Assembly (NCBI GenBank): GCA_963422265.1
Contig: OY729416.1
Location: 800,001-864,000, forward strand
Length of the DNA: 64,000 bases
Reading direction: 5' to 3'
Source: Thermodesulfobacteriota bacterium
GTDB taxonomy: Bacteria > Desulfobacterota_D > UBA1144 > Nemesobacterales > UBA2774
Numbering within the stretch: position 1 is the first letter of the stretch; each line of letters opens with the position of its first letter. Below are positions 61,901-64,000 of the stretch, in pieces. Under the pieces are notes generated by a model that was not told the DNA's origin, made no database searches, and saw nothing but the letters and a program-made list of their open reading frames with translations. A program made the translations under genes and the position numbers.

Positions 61901-64000
61901 GCTCGTGGTAAACGTCAGGGAGACCGGGGATACGGTCGCCACGTCGCTATCGCCGCTGGTGGGCGTGACGGTGACGGTGCCAGTCGGCCGGGTGTTGAGT
62001 ACTACGGTGTAGGTGTTGGTATTACTGTTGCCACTGGCTTCGGTTACCGTGACCGCACTCGTGGATAACGTGACGCCGGCAGGGTTCAGAGACGGTGTCC
62101 CCCTGGCGGAATCGCATGCACGCCCTACAAGAGTGTTTGCCACAGCACGAATAACGAAGACATACAAATTGTTGTTGGTCAAACCCGTTACCACGTGCCT
62201 GGTGGTGTCCTTCCCACTGCCCGGTATGTCAACCCAATCAGTAACCAAACCCGCGCTATCACTACCAACAAACCAATATTTCATCTGATATTTGGTGATG
62301 GTAGGGTCATTCGGATTATTCCAATTCAACGTCACCTGACCGTTGCCTTCCTGCACCGTGAATTGATCAGGTTTAGCCGGCGGCGCTACGGGTGTGGCGC
62401 TGACGGCATCCGACGGCGTCCTTGCAGTGCCACCCACCATTGCACGAATACGGAAATTATACGTAGTGCCGTTGGTTAAACCCGTTACCACGTGGCTGGT
62501 CACGTCTGTTCTTCTCACCGATATGTCAGTCCAACTCCCGGCCTCGCTACTGCCAGTCCACTGCTTGATCTGATACTGCCTGACGGCGGGGTCTTTAATA
62601 TTATTCCAATACAACCTCACCCAAGTGTTGCCCGGCATCGCCGTAACGACGGGCTGGCTCGACACAGGCGTGACACTGACGACTTCCGATATCGCCCCAA
62701 CCCAAGTAGTATCCAAATCTATATACACATAACGAATATAGAAATTATAGGTAGTGCCATTGGTCAAACCCGTTACCACGTGGCTGGTGGTATCCTTCCC
62801 ACTCCCCGGTATGTCAGACCAATCACCGCTCTCGCTACTGCCGGTCCACCGCTTGATCTGATACCTGGTGATGGAGGGGTCATCCGGGTCATCCCAACTC
62901 AACCTCACCTGACCGCTGGCCGGCGTCTCCGCCGTAACGACAATGCTCCTTACGGGTGAAGAGGTCGGTGTGGCACTGATGGCATCGGAAGCCGGGCCTG
63001 GAGCAGCGCCCACCATCGCACGAATACGGAAACTATACGTAGTGCCGTTGGTCAAATTCTCTAGGAAGTGGCTGGTGGTGTCCTTTCCACTCCCCGGTAT
63101 GTCAGACCAGCTGCCAGGGCTGGGCTCGGTATTGCCAGTCCACTGCTTGATCTGATACCCGGTGATGGCGATGTGACCAGGACGACTCCAGCTTAAATCT
63201 ATATACTCGTAACCCGCCTCCGCCGTAACGACAGGCTTGCGCGGGTCAGGTACCGCAGGTGTGGCACTGACGGCATCCGACGCCGGGCCTGGAGTAGTGC
63301 CCACCATCGCACGAATTTGGAAGCTATGCCGAACGTTGTTAATCAAAAGCCTCACCACGTGGCTGGTGGTGCTCGCATCACTCCCCGGTATGTCAGACCA
63401 ATCAGTAACCAAACGTGTGTCACCATAGCCCATAAACCAATACTTCACCTGATACCCGGTGATGGCGGCGTTTTTAGGATCACTCCAACTCAACCTCACC
63501 TGACCGTTGCCTACTGCCGTCGTGATTCCACCAGGTTTAACCGGCGGCGCTGCAGGCGTGGCACTGGCAGCATCGGAAGCCGGGCCTGGAGTAGCGCTCA
63601 CCATCGCACGAATACGGAAACTATACGTAGTGCCGTTGGTCAAACTCGTTACCACGTGGCTGGTGGTGCTCGCATCACTCCCCGGTACGTTAGTCCAGCT
63701 GCCAGGGTTGGGCTCGGTATTGCCAGTCCACTGCTTGATCTGATACCCGGTGACGGCGGTGTCACCAAGATTACCCCAACTCAACCTCACCTGACCGCTG
63801 CCCGATATCGCCGTAACGACAGGCTTGCGCCCCACAGGCTTGGCACTGACGGGGTCGGATGGCGTCCCATATACACCAGTACCTGCTACTGCACGAATAC
63901 GGAAACTATACGTAGTGCCGTTGGTCAGATACTTGACCACGTGGCTGGTGGTGCTCGCTCCACTCCTTAATATGTCCATCCAATCCCCAGTCTCGCTACT
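55954..64000 (-). CDS. Giant repetitive surface protein/autotransporter (FN3 + Calx-beta-like + Ig-like repeats + beta-barrel); 5' end outside the window; one frameshift at about 60642
   Basis: ORFs 60596-63979 and 55954-60591 join into one frame if one T at 60642/60643 is removed; frame open to the window end; C-terminal amphipathic strands (TLWGSG, GLDYRF, GLAGVA, PYAHY, GGGIEY) after a linker helix. Confidence 0.85.
58125..60400 (-). repeat. Eight tandem 285-bp repeats (95-aa Ig-like domains)
   Basis: PTGAVTITGTATQGQTLTADT..IVDPDGPSNLTFSYQWKRGGTDI.GAT.STY.LTQADVG x8; shadow ORFs recur every 285 nt. Confidence 0.95.
60657..62078 (-). repeat. Apparently identical 675-bp tandem duplication (two Calx-beta-like domains per unit), about 2.1 copies
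   Basis: Identical shadow ORFs offset by 675 (60849/61524, 60983/61658, 61149/61824); LTFTTSNW.TAQ.VTVTGVDD motifs. Confidence 0.95.
62090..64000 (-). repeat. Six complete and one partial fibronectin type III domains
   Basis: G.GQV.LSW, ITGYQ, W.DIPGS...TTSHVV..LTNGTTY.F.IRA repeated about every 92-100 aa. Confidence 0.92.

Noticed and set aside
58125-62078. Tandem repeats as a possible CRISPR array
   Set aside because: Units are 285 and 675 bp, in-frame coding, with no unique spacers and no cas genes.
62090-64000. Diversity-generating retroelement acting on the FN3 repeats
   Set aside because: Differences between units are not confined to adenines in the pair I compared, and no reverse transcriptase or template repeat is in the window; cannot be excluded genome-wide.

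Overview
Bacterial chromosomal segment, mostly housekeeping genes. Protein style suggests a Desulfobacterota-like lineage, possibly Ca. Dadabacteria; this is an impression, not a search result. Positions 1-21 kb hold the str/S10 ribosomal cluster (rpsL-rpsG-fusA-tuf-rpsJ-rplC-rplD-rplW-rplB'), purD, glmS/glmU, ssb, a Nudix gene, an orphan hydantoinase A, rpoZ, hisIE, two FmdB-like zinc-ribbon paralogues each carrying a 76-aa insert, a crotonase, era and aspS. Positions 21.5-30 kb hold an FrhB/FpoF-like Fe-S flavoprotein in an operon with a 2-oxoacid:ferredoxin oxidoreductase (alpha/beta), followed by sucA-sucB without lpdA. Positions 30-53 kb hold recG, tRNA-Pro(CGG), an aldo/keto reductase, hicAB, a pepF-like gene, a complete A2-type caa3 oxidase operon, mreBCD-mrdA-rodA, a ygfZ/gcvT-like gene, trxB and a GT-C-type membrane glycosyltransferase. 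Positions 53-55.6 kb are a decaying defence-like island: a probable type III R-M mod fragment, a Schlafen/AlbA_2-ATPase gene broken by a 19-bp tandem duplication, a ParA-like gene that has lost its start, and a probable res fragment. Positions 55.9-64 kb are the 3' part of a giant (>2,680 aa in window) autotransporter-type surface protein with FN3, Calx-beta-like and Ig-like repeats, split by a single-base frameshift. Best leads: (1) the FrhB-like + OFOR operon, (2) the insert-bearing zinc-ribbon pair, (3) the Schlafen-ATPase/ParA cassette inside R-M remnants, (4) an extreme G/T-rich sense-strand bias confined to tuf and the autotransporter barrel, (5) variable loops on conserved FN3 frameworks. 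No CRISPR array, rRNA, transposase or integrase was seen. All family calls come from motif recognition, not database searches.
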